From: a virus | Length of the DNA stretch: 64,000 nt | Direction: 5' to 3' (one strand) | IMG/VR virus record: IMGVR_UViG_3300045988_098456 | Shown here: positions 32,193 through 42,607 of the stretch, piece by piece | How positions within the stretch are numbered: position 1 is the stretch's first letter | How the letters are laid out: the number at the start of each line of letters is the position of its first letter | Translations under genes and position numbers: made by a program | The notes under the pieces: model-generated | Told to the model about the DNA's origin: nothing | Seen by the model: the letters and a program-made list of their open reading frames with translations, nothing else | Database searches by the model: none

Positions 32193-32481
32193 GAATTTCT
32201 TGAATGTGCTATATATCGAGCACACAGACAAAATAGGCGTTTTAAAGGACGATAAGAACGAAAGGGTATCAGTTATCCGTGGGACGGACAAAACGCTTGT
32301 AGAACGCAAAAGAGAGGGTAAAACGTACCTTCTTGTACCTTTGACAAAGAACCACACATTTGTTTGCAAGGGTAATAGTATTGATGTGGATGGTGAACAT
32401 ATTAAGAGTGAAATCTTCTTCCGCAAGGATTCTTGCCAATGGATTGAGATTGACAAAGAAATGCTATTCAAGGTAGCGTAA
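32185..32481 (+). CDS. hypothetical protein (paralog of 1446..1790)
   Basis: First ATG of ORF track 32173..32481. TYLLVPLTKNHTFVCKGNSIDVDGEHIKSEIFF is shared with the minus-strand ORF. Confidence 0.5.
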   Translation: MDENFLNVLYIEHTDKIGVLKDDKNERVSVIRGTDKTLVERKREGKTYLLVPLTKNHTFVCKGNSIDVDGEHIKSEIFFRKDSCQWIEIDKEMLFKVA

Positions 32482-32501
32482 TGAATAAGGAGATTTAAGC
32501 G

Positions 32502-32759
32502 ATGAAAGTATATGTAGTAATATCTTCATACCAACATGGACTGGGTGAGGCAGTTGAGGTTGACGCAGAAGTCTTCTCTACCATAGATAAGGCAAGAAAA
32601 GCGATAAGACACAAAGGGATGAACACTTTGGAGAATTACAAGCGAGTTTTGAATTGCGATGATTATCTATACAATATCTCAGATTCTTTCTTCCATATCT
32701 CAGACAGCGAAGGTGAGACGTGGGATAATTTCGATATTGTAGAACAAGAATTAAAGTAA
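32502..32759 (+). CDS. hypothetical protein
   Basis: 85-aa ORF. Confidence 0.5.
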   Translation: MKVYVVISSYQHGLGEAVEVDAEVFSTIDKARKAIRHKGMNTLENYKRVLNCDDYLYNISDSFFHISDSEGETWDNFDIVEQELK

Positions 32760-32766
32760 TATAGTT

Positions 32767-33015
32767 ATGAAGATTAATGAAATCAAAAATATCTTAGATT
32801 ATGCAAAGGAGTGTGGTCGTCTAGTAACAATTACACTTGTAAGTGGGCAAGTGTCTCATATAAACTTCAGTAAGAAAACAAAGACGTTTACTGCTACAGA
32901 TGATGTAATCTTAGACGTAGAGGGACATCTTGTGATAAAATATGATACGGATGGAAGTATAGATTACATTGATAGCGATTCCATCATTCGCATATTTAGT
33001 AAAGAATGTGTTTAA
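32767..33015 (+). CDS. hypothetical protein
   Basis: 82-aa ORF. Confidence 0.5.
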   Translation: MKINEIKNILDYAKECGRLVTITLVSGQVSHINFSKKTKTFTATDDVILDVEGHLVIKYDTDGSIDYIDSDSIIRIFSKECV

Positions 33016-33034
33016 CAATTGATTAGATAAGAAT

Positions 33035-33283
33035 ATGGATGCAGGTCATGTGAATGTGATATTAGGCGAAGCCGAGGACAAAGGTCTTAGAGGAAGTATC
33101 AACTTGGTAGGTGGAGCAAAGATAAGTTTCGACTTCAATAGTGTTGGTGTTGAAACCTCTTTCAATTGCAATACAAAGAACAGAACACTTATGATTGGAA
33201 GTGGAAGTACAGTAGTGTTTACACGTAAATATATTGATTGTAGCTCTATCCAGTATATTGAAGTGTTTGAACGTACAAAATAA
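33035..33283 (+). CDS. hypothetical protein
   Basis: 82-aa ORF. Confidence 0.5.
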   Translation: MDAGHVNVILGEAEDKGLRGSINLVGGAKISFDFNSVGVETSFNCNTKNRTLMIGSGSTVVFTRKYIDCSSIQYIEVFERTK

Positions 33284-33300
33284 TTATAGGAGACAAGAAT

Positions 33301-33585
33301 ATGAATATACTAGACTATTATGAGGTTGTCACCTCAAAGATTTTCAAGTTGGAAAGCATGAACGAGGGGCTTGTATTGATAGCACCGGAGCAGGAGGTAG
33401 ATGGAGTCCGTTCCTTGATGGTGGGACTATATGTGCCAGAGCATGAACGATACAAAATGTATACTTTCCGTTCCTCTATGAACGAGGGTGAACTTGGTGA
33501 CAAGTATAAGGCAATGGTCGGCACGATGGATGTGCTTAAACCGGATTGGGACAGAATCTCAAAGAAAAGACTGAAGAGGATCTAA
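33301..33585 (+). CDS. hypothetical protein
   Basis: 94-aa ORF. Confidence 0.5.
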   Translation: MNILDYYEVVTSKIFKLESMNEGLVLIAPEQEVDGVRSLMVGLYVPEHERYKMYTFRSSMNEGELGDKYKAMVGTMDVLKPDWDRISKKRLKRI

Positions 33586-33750
33586 CCTCTTACCTCCTTA
33601 AGTACAGAAGAAACATACTTGATGGTTATTTATCTGAATACATCAAGCAAAAGTGTGTTGAAATATCTGAGAATGCAAATTATTTCAAGATTATTTTTAG
33701 AAAAGATGAAAATAAATTAGAGTTTTCTTGCATTTCTCGAAGGTTTTTAT

Positions 33751-33758
33751 TACCTTTG
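33751..33758 (+). promoter_or_regulatory. Bacteroidota-type -7 box (TACCTTTG)
   Basis: tacctttg lies 29 nt upstream of ATG 33787. Confidence 0.5.
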
Positions 33759-33786
33759 CGAATGTAAACAACAAAACAATGAGCTT

Positions 33787-34191
33787 ATGAAAGTATTATC
33801 TATTCGCCAGCCGTATGCTTGGTTAATCGCTATCGGCTGCAAGACCATTGAAAACAGAACCTGGAATAGAAAGTTCCGTGGTCGTTTCCTTATTCATGCA
33901 AGCCAAGCCAAACCCGAAAAACTTGACGGATGGCAGAAGAGCGCAATGAAGAAATATTGCCAAGAGCATGGTATTGTTATTCCAGACTTCAAAGACTTGC
34001 CAACGTCATCCATTATCGGCAGCGTAGAGTTGGATGATATTCAATTCCATGAGGCTTATCCGGATGCGTTTGCTGAAGATTTTCAGTATCACTGGTTCTT
34101 GAAGAATGCTAAATTGTTCGATGAGCCGATTAGAAACGTCAAAGGCAAGTTGTTCATCTGGGATTATGAGTACAATGAAGCCGAAAAGTAA
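33787..34191 (+). CDS. ASCH domain protein
   Basis: 134 aa. MKVLSIRQPYAWLIAIGCKTIENRTWNRKFRGRFLIHAS is a typical ASCH N-terminus. Confidence 0.7.
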   Translation: MKVLSIRQPYAWLIAIGCKTIENRTWNRKFRGRFLIHASQAKPEKLDGWQKSAMKKYCQEHGIVIPDFKDLPTSSIIGSVELDDIQFHEAYPDAFAEDFQYHWFLKNAKLFDEPIRNVKGKLFIWDYEYNEAEK

Positions 34192-34306
34192 AATAACAAT
34201 ACTTCTGTAATAAAAATACAAGTCGTTGAATGTTAGCATAAAAGTGCTTGTGGGTATAAGAGGTAAATAAGAAAATAATATAAACATATTATAAAATATT
34301 GAAGTT

Positions 34307-35023
34307 ATGAAGAAGAAATTGATAATTGCCATCATCGTAGCTATCGTTGTGATAGGTGGCGGCATTGGTGGCTATATGTACCATTTCAGTCAAGTTAAGG
34401 CTGAAAAAATGGCTAATTACAAGAAGGCGTTATCTGATTATCGCTTCAATAGTAATAGATTGATATATTCTTTAGATTTCATAGCAACGGATTTTATTAT
34501 CAATTGGAATTCTGCTATAATGAATAAAAAGGCTATGAACGCAAAGAATGAAATTGTTCCTTGCTCCGATTTCGAGGATGCCGTTTCTTCTCGATATGCC
34601 TTCTATGATAAGTATGGTGCATATAAGATTTTGGATAGTGTATATGTCTCATTAGGAAAGCATTTGGAAAAGATGCGTGTAAATTCTAATGAAGACCAGC
34701 AAAAAAATGTGGAAAGCTGTAGTAAGGAATACAAGGAGTTGAATAATGCTATAGTTTTTGTAAAAAAGCCTTATGGCTCATTGGTGCAATACTCTAAACA
34801 GAAAGGAGACTTATTCTTTAAACTTTATGCTTTTGATAGCGAATTGGCTAAAGTTTCCCCATTGGAAGAAGATAAGGGCGATGAGAGAACAAAAGCAATG
34901 AATATGGAATTATACGGAACGCATTTGTTTGTTGCGGCAGACTTTGACAAAGAGCCGCAAAAGGCTCAAAAGCAAAGTTATACGTTTAGTAACATCACTA
35001 CAAATTGGATTTATTTAAAATGA
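34307..35023 (+). CDS. membrane-anchored hypothetical protein
   Basis: 238 aa with the N-terminal TM KKLIIAIIVAIVVIGGGIGGYMY. Confidence 0.55.
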   Translation: MKKKLIIAIIVAIVVIGGGIGGYMYHFSQVKAEKMANYKKALSDYRFNSNRLIYSLDFIATDFIINWNSAIMNKKAMNAKNEIVPCSDFEDAVSSRYAFYDKYGAYKILDSVYVSLGKHLEKMRVNSNEDQQKNVESCSKEYKELNNAIVFVKKPYGSLVQYSKQKGDLFFKLYAFDSELAKVSPLEEDKGDERTKAMNMELYGTHLFVAADFDKEPQKAQKQSYTFSNITTNWIYLK

Positions 35024-35108
35024 TGGTTCTATTTTAATATAAAAAAAGATTTGGTAGCAGCTACCTTTTAGGCGTGTGGCTTCATTGTTGAAATAGATAA
35101 AGAACTCA

Positions 35109-35142
35109 GAGCCTTCTGCATGTGAATGTGGAAGGCTTTTTT
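35109..35142 (+). terminator. intrinsic terminator
   Basis: Stem agccttc / gaaggct with a 14-nt loop, followed by tttttt. Confidence 0.6.
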
Positions 35143-35251
35143 GTATCTAGACATTATTCTTTGCACTTAAATTTTTTGTGAAATAGCACACCTTTGTTCT
35201 TTCGTTATTCCTTTGATTATTAGCTAATTTTGCCAATAAAATCATATAAGG

Positions 35252-38200
35252 ATGGCACAGTTAGAATTTAATATCAAAGCGAATTTCGAGGAGGTTACGA
35301 AACTTCGTTCCGAGTGTGAAAAGTTGAGGGCTGAGTTGTTGAAGACCAACAAGTCAACCGACCCAGCTATTGTTGCGGATTTGACGGAAAAATATGCAGA
35401 TGCAAGCAATCGCTTAAAGGATTTAACGCAAGCAGCTTCAAGAGCCGCTTACGTGATGTCTTCTGAGTTTAATAAGAAGATGCAAGCAGCCGCAAGGGAA
35501 GTTTATAGCTATGAACTTCAAATGCAAGCTACCAAAGACCGAATAGAGAAAATCCAACAGCAAATCACGAACAAGAGATTAACTCTTGGAATTACAACGG
35601 ATAAGTCATCCATAGATTCTTTGCAGAAGAATATTGACTATTTAAAAGGCTCTTTGGCAGGTCAAACAGCTCAGTTGAAGAACTTAGAAGGAGGTGCTGT
35701 CGGTGCTCGTCAGACCTTGGAGAATATGCGGAATGAGTATGTTTTGTATGCAGGTTCAGCAAATCCGGCAAAAGAGGCAACAAATATGTTGACCGATAGC
35801 ATGAGCCAAATGATAGAACGTATGAAGTCAGCTCCGACTGCTGGAGAAGGAATGACTAGTTTGTTCCAAAGAGTTACTGGCGATGCTCACATGCTTTCGG
35901 CAACATTACTTGGTGGCTTAGGATTTGAACAATTAACACGTAGCGTTTTTAATACTCGTTCCCAATTCCAGCAACTTGAAATATCTTTCAATACCATGCT
36001 TGGTAGTGCTGATAAGTCTAAGCAATTGATGGACGAACTTATCCAAACGGCAGCTCATACACCTTTCGATATGTCCAGCATTACGGGTGGCGCAAAACAA
36101 CTTTTGGCATACGGAACGGAAGCGAAAGATGTTAACAAAACCCTTGTACAGCTTGGTGACATTGCTTCGGGCTTGAACATTCCGCTTGGAGACCTTGTTT
36201 ATCTTTATGGAACGACCGTTTCGCAAGGAAGAATGTTCACAATGGATTTGCGTCAGTTCATGGGTAGAGGTGTCCCATTAGCAGAAGAATTGGGTAAAAT
36301 CTTACACCAAAACACAACTGAGGTTCAAGAGTCTGTTTCTAAGGGAAAAGTCACATCAGACATCTTCAAGGAGGCTATCGCTAATATGACGCAAGCTGGC
36401 GGTCGTTTCGGAGGCTTGATGGAGCAACAATCAAAGACATTGGAGGGTCAGTGGAGTAACATTGGCGATTCCATCCAGCAAGCGTTCAACGAAATCGGCA
36501 AAAAATCCGATGGCGTGTTCTCTAGTGGATTGTCAATTATTTCAGCTATGGTAGAGAATTGGCAAGAGGTAATAAAAGTTATTGGTGTAGCTACAATAGC
36601 TGTTGGTTCTTATCGTGCATCGTTAATGGCGGCTGCTTCTATTCGCAAAGCTGAGGAAGCGCAACAAGCCGATGATATGATGAAGGGAATTGATGCAGAA
36701 ATCAAGCGTTTGCAAGACCTAGAGAACTCAAACTACAAGTCGCTGGGTAAGGACAAAAAGCAAGAGCGAGTAAGCAAACAACAAGACTTGGCAAGTATTG
36801 TTGGAGATACTGCTGTGTCCGATGATTTTGTAAAGGCAAGGTTAGATGCAGCCGAGCAAGAGGGCGTTATTTCGGCACAAATGCGTTCACAACTAGAGAC
36901 GAAACGTGAACTTTTACAGACTCAGCAACAAGCAACTGCACAAAGCCAGATTGAGCTTGATGAAGAAAAAAGAAAGACAGAGGAACTTCGTCAACAAAAG
37001 ATAGAATCTCTTAAAGATGATTTGAAGACTACCACGGAGAAAATATCAAATCTTGATGATAGGGATGTAGAGTTGGCTAGACAATATACAGCAGCTTTGA
37101 ATGATTTGCAAGATGCCCAAGATGCCTTTGCTGAGGCTCAAAAATTGGTTGAAGAAACCGCTGATGGTGCAAACTTGGCTTTTGACTCCGAGGGTAATGC
37201 CGTGAATGCACTAGAAGCAAAGGAACGTTTGGCAACCGCTGCGAAGAAAGTGAATATTGCGCAAACAAATGTTTCGACAATTGCAAGTCAGCAAAGAGGA
37301 GCTGCGCTTATTCGTGAGCAATTACAAGAGAGACAAGCGACACTACAAACGCAGTTGAATTCGGTTAGTCAAGCTACCAATACGACTACGAAAAAGGCTA
37401 GTACTTTAGCTACGGTTGCTTCAACGGTAAAAAATGCCATCCATACAGCAAGTGTTAAAATAATGACAACTGCTGAATTAATGCTTAGTAATGCGGTAAA
37501 ATCCACAACTATGGCTTTAAAGGGAATGTGGGCTGCTATGCTTGCAAATCCGATTACTGGTATTATAACATTGGTAACAACGCTTGCTAGTGCCGTTGCA
37601 ATGTTCGGAGGTGAAGAGGAAGATATTTCTGTTGACACAAAGCATTTTGGAGATTCTGCTGAAAACACAAGGGCGAAAGTTGATGGCTTGCTTAACGTAA
37701 TGAGGTCTTCTAAGGAAGGAACTGATGCTTACAACAAAGCTAAAGAAGAACTTATCCAAACATACGAGCAGTTCGGGATTAAGTGTGATGCCGAAAAGGA
37801 TAATTTAACAACACTTAAAGGGAAGCATGATGAATTTGTTGCAACTTTACAATTGGAGAATGCTGAAAGAGAAAAGGCTAATGCTTTAATGTCTGCCACT
37901 TCCCAATACACAGAAGCAAGAAACAAAGAAGATGACAATTTTAGCAAAGACTTATCCGGTCATTGGTATCAAGGTGGGCAACATGTAGATAAGGAAGATA
38001 TAACATCAATACAAATGATGTATAATTCCATAGCAACAGATGAGGTTTTAGATAGGCTGGCTAAGTTGAAGCAAAGAGTAGATGATAGCACATTGTCTTA
38101 CAAGGAGCATATAGATGCTTTTAATATTTACACAAATGCAGTTAAAAAGACATTTGCGCCTATTGATTCGTTCTTAGAAAAACAACATTACAATATAGCG

Positions 38201-41200
38201 ACTATAGAGAATACTGACCATTCGATATTGGAGCATACGAGTAATCTTGCAAAATTAAAGACAAGTTATAAAAACGCAGAGGATGCGATAATGAAGGCGG
38301 CTGCTGAAAATGTAGATTGGAATAATACACAGGCTAGGTCACAATGGGTAGCTCAGCAAAATAAACAAAGCATAGATGCCTTAACTTCCTCAACAGACCA
38401 GCTTATTTCTATATGGAATCAGGAATATGGATTAAATTTAAAAATCCATTATGATGATACAGAAATACCAAGTTGGATGAAATCTTTAACGGATAAGCAG
38501 TTGCAATCTTTGATTAATAGACGTAAGGCGGATTTAAATAGGCAAGAGCAATACCGAACTAATCATAAAGGAAGTAAATTGCTGACAAAACAAGGAAATC
38601 AGCTAAGAGACGAAAATGCCAATAGGCTTGATGTAGCTATGGCTGGTTCTATTCTGAAAGATAGAGAGGCGAAAAGAAAAGCCGACGCAAATAAGCCGAA
38701 GGAAACGACAAAGAAAACTACACCTAAGAAAACAGGTGCAACGGATGACCCACAAGCAAGAGCGTATGAACGCAAGAAGGCTGAGGAGGACTATTCCAAG
38801 TCTATTTCATCCTATTCGGAGAAAGCTATCCAAGACATGACCAAGAACCGCATCAATGCGATGAATGAGGGTTATAGCAAGGAATTGGCTAAGATTACCG
38901 AGAATGCCGACAAGGAGAGAAAGGCGGTAGAAGAAGGTATAGACAAATTGGTTGAGGCTAGGAAAAAGCGTGACCAAGCTGTTTGGGTTAATTCCGGCAA
39001 GGGTCGTAAGGCTAATATGTGGAAACAGAGCAAAACCGATGAAGAGTATAAGAATGAGGTTTTGAATGAAACCATGAAGGATAGCAATGGTAATCCGGTT
39101 AAGGTAAATGGAATGGAGATGACCATAGGCATGAGTGTTGCTAATCAGATGAATGCAATTCGGGATAAGGCGGTAAAGCAGAATGAGGATGTGCTTGCTA
39201 AAGAAGCGCAAAGCATGTACGATTATCTGAAGACTTATGGCACATTCCAGGAGCAGAAGTTAGCTATTGCTGCCGATTATGCTAAGAGGATTAGCGAGGT
39301 TGAAAACTCTACGGATTCGGACTCAAACAAGCAATGGAAGATAAAGTCTTTGAAAGAAGAGCAGAAGAAAGAGACGGATTCGGTTGAGACTAATGCTATT
39401 ATGCAGAAGATAGACTGGTATCAAGTCTTCGGAAATGTTGGTGGCATTATGAAAGATGCGCTTGTTCCTTTATTGGCTGATCTGGATAAGTTCGTAGGTA
39501 CGGATAAGTTTCAAAATTTGGGAGCAGACCAGCAGAAGAGTATCGTTGATGCTATGCAGAATATCCGTAATTCGATTGGCAATACAAGTGATTTGGGTTG
39601 GAAAGACCTTGCAAGGGACGTTGTAGCTTATCAGGAGGCTCTGAAGAATGCGAAAATTGCACAAGAGGAATATACGGAAACGGAAACCGAGCTTATACCT
39701 CGAATTAAGGATTTGCAAAATCAGATAGCGAATGCGAAAAAATCGGGCAATGTCGCAGAGCAAGCTAGATTGCAAAATGATTTGAATAAAGTTCAAGGTC
39801 AGTTAGCGGAGTCCGGCAAGAAGATAGTTACGGCTAACACAAAGGTTCGTTCAAGTGGTCAGAAGTTGGCACAAACCACACAGAATGTAACGCAACCGAT
39901 TTCCGCTATCCATGAGTTCCTTTCAACTTCCGGACTATCCGATTTGGCATCTCTTTGGGATAGTTTCGACCAACTTAAAGGTGGAATTGACGGATTGAAA
40001 GCTTTGGATGAGGCTAAGAAAGCGGCTGATGGTCTGAAGGATATGGGCAAGGAAGCCGCAGACGCAGCCGCAGACGCTGGCAAGAAAGCTGGTGATGCGC
40101 TAAGTGAAGGATTGTCAAAAGCTGGACTAATAGGTCAAATCGTATCTGCCATCTTGACGATACTTGATGTTTTGAAGGATGGTATCGGAACATTGATTAG
40201 CAGCTTGATTGATACAGTTCTGAATGCGGTCAATGGTATATTGAAGAACATTCTAAGTGGTGAGTTTATCACACAGATAGGAGGGTCTTTGGTAAGCGGT
40301 ATCGGTAATATTCTCAATACAATCTCGTTTGGTGGCTTCAATAGTTTGTTTGGAGTAGGTGGAAACGCAAAAGAAGTAAACCGGACTATAGACAAATTGA
40401 CGGCTAGGAACGAAATCTTGACGGATGCAATAGACAGATTACGTGACTCTATAGACAAGACTAGTGGTATCAAAGCCGTAGAAGACTCAGAAAAAGCTGA
40501 AAAACTTCAAAAGGAAAAAGAGCAAAACCTAAAGGACATCATGGTGGCGCAAATGGGTTATCATGGCTCTCATAAAAGTTTTAACCATTATTTCCGAGGA
40601 TTTTCGCAAGAGCAAATCAATAAGGTGTCTGAAGCGATAGGTAGACAATGGAATGGAAACCTAAGCGACATACGGTCTGCTGATGAAGCTAATGCGTTGT
40701 TGCAAAATCCTGATATTGTTAACAAGATTCAGAACACTGGTAAGGGAAATTATGGAGGAAGAGTCCTCGAAAAGTTGAAAGATTATGCGGCTGAGGCAGG
40801 AACATTAGAGGATATTGCTGATGACCTAGCAGAAAGCTTGACGCAAATATCTTTTGATAGTTTAAAGAGCGAGTTCATAGATACTTTGATGGATATGAAT
40901 TCCTCTGCTCAGGACTTCTCTGATAATTTCTCCAAGATGCTTATGCAAGCCGTTCTGAAAGCTAAGGTAGATGATTTGTTGGGTAATGATATGCAAGCAT
41001 TCTATGATGAGTGGACGGAGCGAGCTAAGGCAAATGGTGGCAAATTGTCTCAGACGGATATTAATGAATTGAAGGGAAGGTACGATGAAATGGTTCAAGA
41101 AGGACTGAAGATTAGAGATGAAGTAGCCGAAATAACTGGTTACAAGCAATCTTACGAGCAGTCAGCTTCTTCCGGTTCTTTCGAATCAATGAGTCAAGAT

Positions 41201-41527
41201 ACAGGAGAAGAGTTGAATGGTCGTTTCACTGCGGTACAAATTGCCACAGAGGGAACGTATGAGGAAACAAAGCTCATAAATACCAAGTTGGATGCTATTG
41301 CGGCTCGTGATGGTGGTACAGAGGGCAGCTTATTGACGGCTAGCGTGAATACCATTATGGGAAATGTAGGAAATATTTGGTTAGCTGTTGATGAGGGTAG
41401 AACTATCCTTGCACAAAGCTTAATGTACTTGCAGTCGATTGATGAGCGACAAGAGCGATGGCATAAGCCTATGTTGCAAGCATTCAATGATATACACGAA
41501 TTGAAAGATAAGATGAGTAGATTGTAA
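35252..41527 (+). CDS. tail tape measure-like protein (2091 aa)
   Basis: SFNTMLGSADKSKQLMDELIQTAAHTPFDMSSITGGAKQLLAYGTEAKDVNKTLVQLGDIASGLNIPLGDLVYLYGTTVSQGRMFTMDLRQFMGRGVPLAEELGKIL matches the TP901-type tape-measure core. The protein also has long coiled coils and several Gly-rich hydrophobic segments. Confidence 0.75.
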   Translation: MAQLEFNIKANFEEVTKLRSECEKLRAELLKTNKSTDPAIVADLTEKYADASNRLKDLTQAASRAAYVMSSEFNKKMQAAAREVYSYELQMQATKDRIEKIQQQITNKRLTLGITTDKSSIDSLQKNIDYLKGSLAGQTAQLKNLEGGAVGARQTLENMRNEYVLYAGSANPAKEATNMLTDSMSQMIERMKSAPTAGEGMTSLFQRVTGDAHMLSATLLGGLGFEQLTRSVFNTRSQFQQLEISFNTMLGSADKSKQLMDELIQTAAHTPFDMSSITGGAKQLLAYGTEAKDVNKTLVQLGDIASGLNIPLGDLVYLYGTTVSQGRMFTMDLRQFMGRGVPLAEELGKILHQNTTEVQESVSKGKVTSDIFKEAIANMTQAGGRFGGLMEQQSKTLEGQWSNIGDSIQQAFNEIGKKSDGVFSSGLSIISAMVENWQEVIKVIGVATIAVGSYRASLMAAASIRKAEEAQQADDMMKGIDAEIKRLQDLENSNYKSLGKDKKQERVSKQQDLASIVGDTAVSDDFVKARLDAAEQEGVISAQMRSQLETKRELLQTQQQATAQSQIELDEEKRKTEELRQQKIESLKDDLKTTTEKISNLDDRDVELARQYTAALNDLQDAQDAFAEAQKLVEETADGANLAFDSEGNAVNALEAKERLATAAKKVNIAQTNVSTIASQQRGAALIREQLQERQATLQTQLNSVSQATNTTTKKASTLATVASTVKNAIHTASVKIMTTAELMLSNAVKSTTMALKGMWAAMLANPITGIITLVTTLASAVAMFGGEEEDISVDTKHFGDSAENTRAKVDGLLNVMRSSKEGTDAYNKAKEELIQTYEQFGIKCDAEKDNLTTLKGKHDEFVATLQLENAEREKANALMSATSQYTEARNKEDDNFSKDLSGHWYQGGQHVDKEDITSIQMMYNSIATDEVLDRLAKLKQRVDDSTLSYKEHIDAFNIYTNAVKKTFAPIDSFLEKQHYNIATIENTDHSILEHTSNLAKLKTSYKNAEDAIMKAAAENVDWNNTQARSQWVAQQNKQSIDALTSSTDQLISIWNQEYGLNLKIHYDDTEIPSWMKSLTDKQLQSLINRRKADLNRQEQYRTNHKGSKLLTKQGNQLRDENANRLDVAMAGSILKDREAKRKADANKPKETTKKTTPKKTGATDDPQARAYERKKAEEDYSKSISSYSEKAIQDMTKNRINAMNEGYSKELAKITENADKERKAVEEGIDKLVEARKKRDQAVWVNSGKGRKANMWKQSKTDEEYKNEVLNETMKDSNGNPVKVNGMEMTIGMSVANQMNAIRDKAVKQNEDVLAKEAQSMYDYLKTYGTFQEQKLAIAADYAKRISEVENSTDSDSNKQWKIKSLKEEQKKETDSVETNAIMQKIDWYQVFGNVGGIMKDALVPLLADLDKFVGTDKFQNLGADQQKSIVDAMQNIRNSIGNTSDLGWKDLARDVVAYQEALKNAKIAQEEYTETETELIPRIKDLQNQIANAKKSGNVAEQARLQNDLNKVQGQLAESGKKIVTANTKVRSSGQKLAQTTQNVTQPISAIHEFLSTSGLSDLASLWDSFDQLKGGIDGLKALDEAKKAADGLKDMGKEAADAAADAGKKAGDALSEGLSKAGLIGQIVSAILTILDVLKDGIGTLISSLIDTVLNAVNGILKNILSGEFITQIGGSLVSGIGNILNTISFGGFNSLFGVGGNAKEVNRTIDKLTARNEILTDAIDRLRDSIDKTSGIKAVEDSEKAEKLQKEKEQNLKDIMVAQMGYHGSHKSFNHYFRGFSQEQINKVSEAIGRQWNGNLSDIRSADEANALLQNPDIVNKIQNTGKGNYGGRVLEKLKDYAAEAGTLEDIADDLAESLTQISFDSLKSEFIDTLMDMNSSAQDFSDNFSKMLMQAVLKAKVDDLLGNDMQAFYDEWTERAKANGGKLSQTDINELKGRYDEMVQEGLKIRDEVAEITGYKQSYEQSASSGSFESMSQDTGEELNGRFTAVQIATEGTYEETKLINTKLDAIAARDGGTEGSLLTASVNTIMGNVGNIWLAVDEGRTILAQSLMYLQSIDERQERWHKPMLQAFNDIHELKDKMSRL

Positions 41528-41551
41528 ACTTAATTTGTGCCATGTTAAAGT

Positions 41552-41586
41552 AAGAGGGGAATGCGTGATGCACTCTCCTTTTTTTT
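41552..41586 (+). terminator. intrinsic terminator
   Basis: Imperfect stem aagagggg / ctctcctt followed by a T8 run. Shares the core ggggaatgcgtga with the terminator at 8601. Confidence 0.5.
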
Positions 41587-41704
41587 ATGGAGAAAGTTTT
41601 TGTTTTTCACAATATAGATAAGTGTTGTTAAACTGAATTCTAATTTTTGGTAGAGTGGAATATAATAGTTATCTTTGGGGTCGAATTTCAAAACTTATAA
41701 GGAT

Positions 41705-42601
41705 ATGAAGATATTAGAACCGAGATATGAAATCCTATCCCAAGGCAAGGGCATGGATGGAGTTTATAAACAGATAGAGTTGTGCGGTCGCACATGTTAT
41801 GCGTCAAGTATGAAGATAGATAAAGACAGCGCAAAGCCTTTCGTTGAGCGTATGGTAAGCAGCAATCATCTTGCCATGTGTGAACATGGAACAATTTATC
41901 TCCATGTTGCTTACGATAATGACTTCTTTGTTCCGGAGTCTCTACTGGTCAAGCACTATCGTGAGAACAAATATTCAAAGGTGATGCAGATTGGCAGCGA
42001 CTACTATATCACAACTAACTACAGAGTGATAGTTGAAAATAACTGGTTTGAGGATTTGGACTATATTTGCGAGCCTACGGAATGGCATGAGAAGCGAATA
42101 ACAGTCCGATTTACTACACAGATTGCAGTAAGTAGAGAGGCTAACAGACATCGTGTAGATTCCGTAGCGGAACAAAGCACTAGATATTGCAACTATAGTA
42201 AGGATAAGTTCGGAGGCGAGATTGCTATCAACAAACCAAAGTGGGTTAGTGATGATGATACGGTTAATCCATTGTCTTTTGATGGTGGAACATTTGTTGA
42301 CCTATCAAAGAACATCGGTAGTTATGAGCATTGGAGTCCGGTAGAGAAATGGTGGTTTGCCAATAGAGTATGTGAAATGATGTATTTGTCTTTGGTTAAG
42401 GATGATGGTTTGAAACCACAAGATGCGAGAACTATTCTTCCTCTTGATACCAATACGGAGCTGATTCATACCGCATTCGTGAGTGATTGGCTTCATTTCT
42501 TCGATTTGCGCTCAAAGGGAACTACCGGAAAGCCACATCCTGATATTGAGGTCTTGGCAACCCCATTGATGAAAGAGTTCAAGGAACGAGGTTTTATTTA
42601 A
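41705..42601 (+). CDS. thyX: FAD-dependent thymidylate synthase ThyX
   Basis: First ATG of ORF track 41675..42601. Contains the ThyX signature RHRVDSVAEQSTRY (RHR-x7-S). Confidence 0.8.
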   Translation: MKILEPRYEILSQGKGMDGVYKQIELCGRTCYASSMKIDKDSAKPFVERMVSSNHLAMCEHGTIYLHVAYDNDFFVPESLLVKHYRENKYSKVMQIGSDYYITTNYRVIVENNWFEDLDYICEPTEWHEKRITVRFTTQIAVSREANRHRVDSVAEQSTRYCNYSKDKFGGEIAINKPKWVSDDDTVNPLSFDGGTFVDLSKNIGSYEHWSPVEKWWFANRVCEMMYLSLVKDDGLKPQDARTILPLDTNTELIHTAFVSDWLHFFDLRSKGTTGKPHPDIEVLATPLMKEFKERGFI

Positions 42602-42607
42602 TCGCTT

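Noticed and set aside
33546-33767. 73-aa plus-strand ORF overlapping the end of 33301..33585.
   Set aside because: Its 3' part covers the -33/-7 promoter elements (33751..33758) of the ASCH gene, and it starts deep inside the preceding gene. It is probably not translated.
35592-41487. Eleven antisense ORFs (61-134 aa) inside the 2091-aa tape-measure gene.
   Set aside because: All lie fully within a long, motif-supported plus-strand ORF. Their translations are low-complexity or hydrophobic, typical of the antisense strand of a coiled-coil gene.
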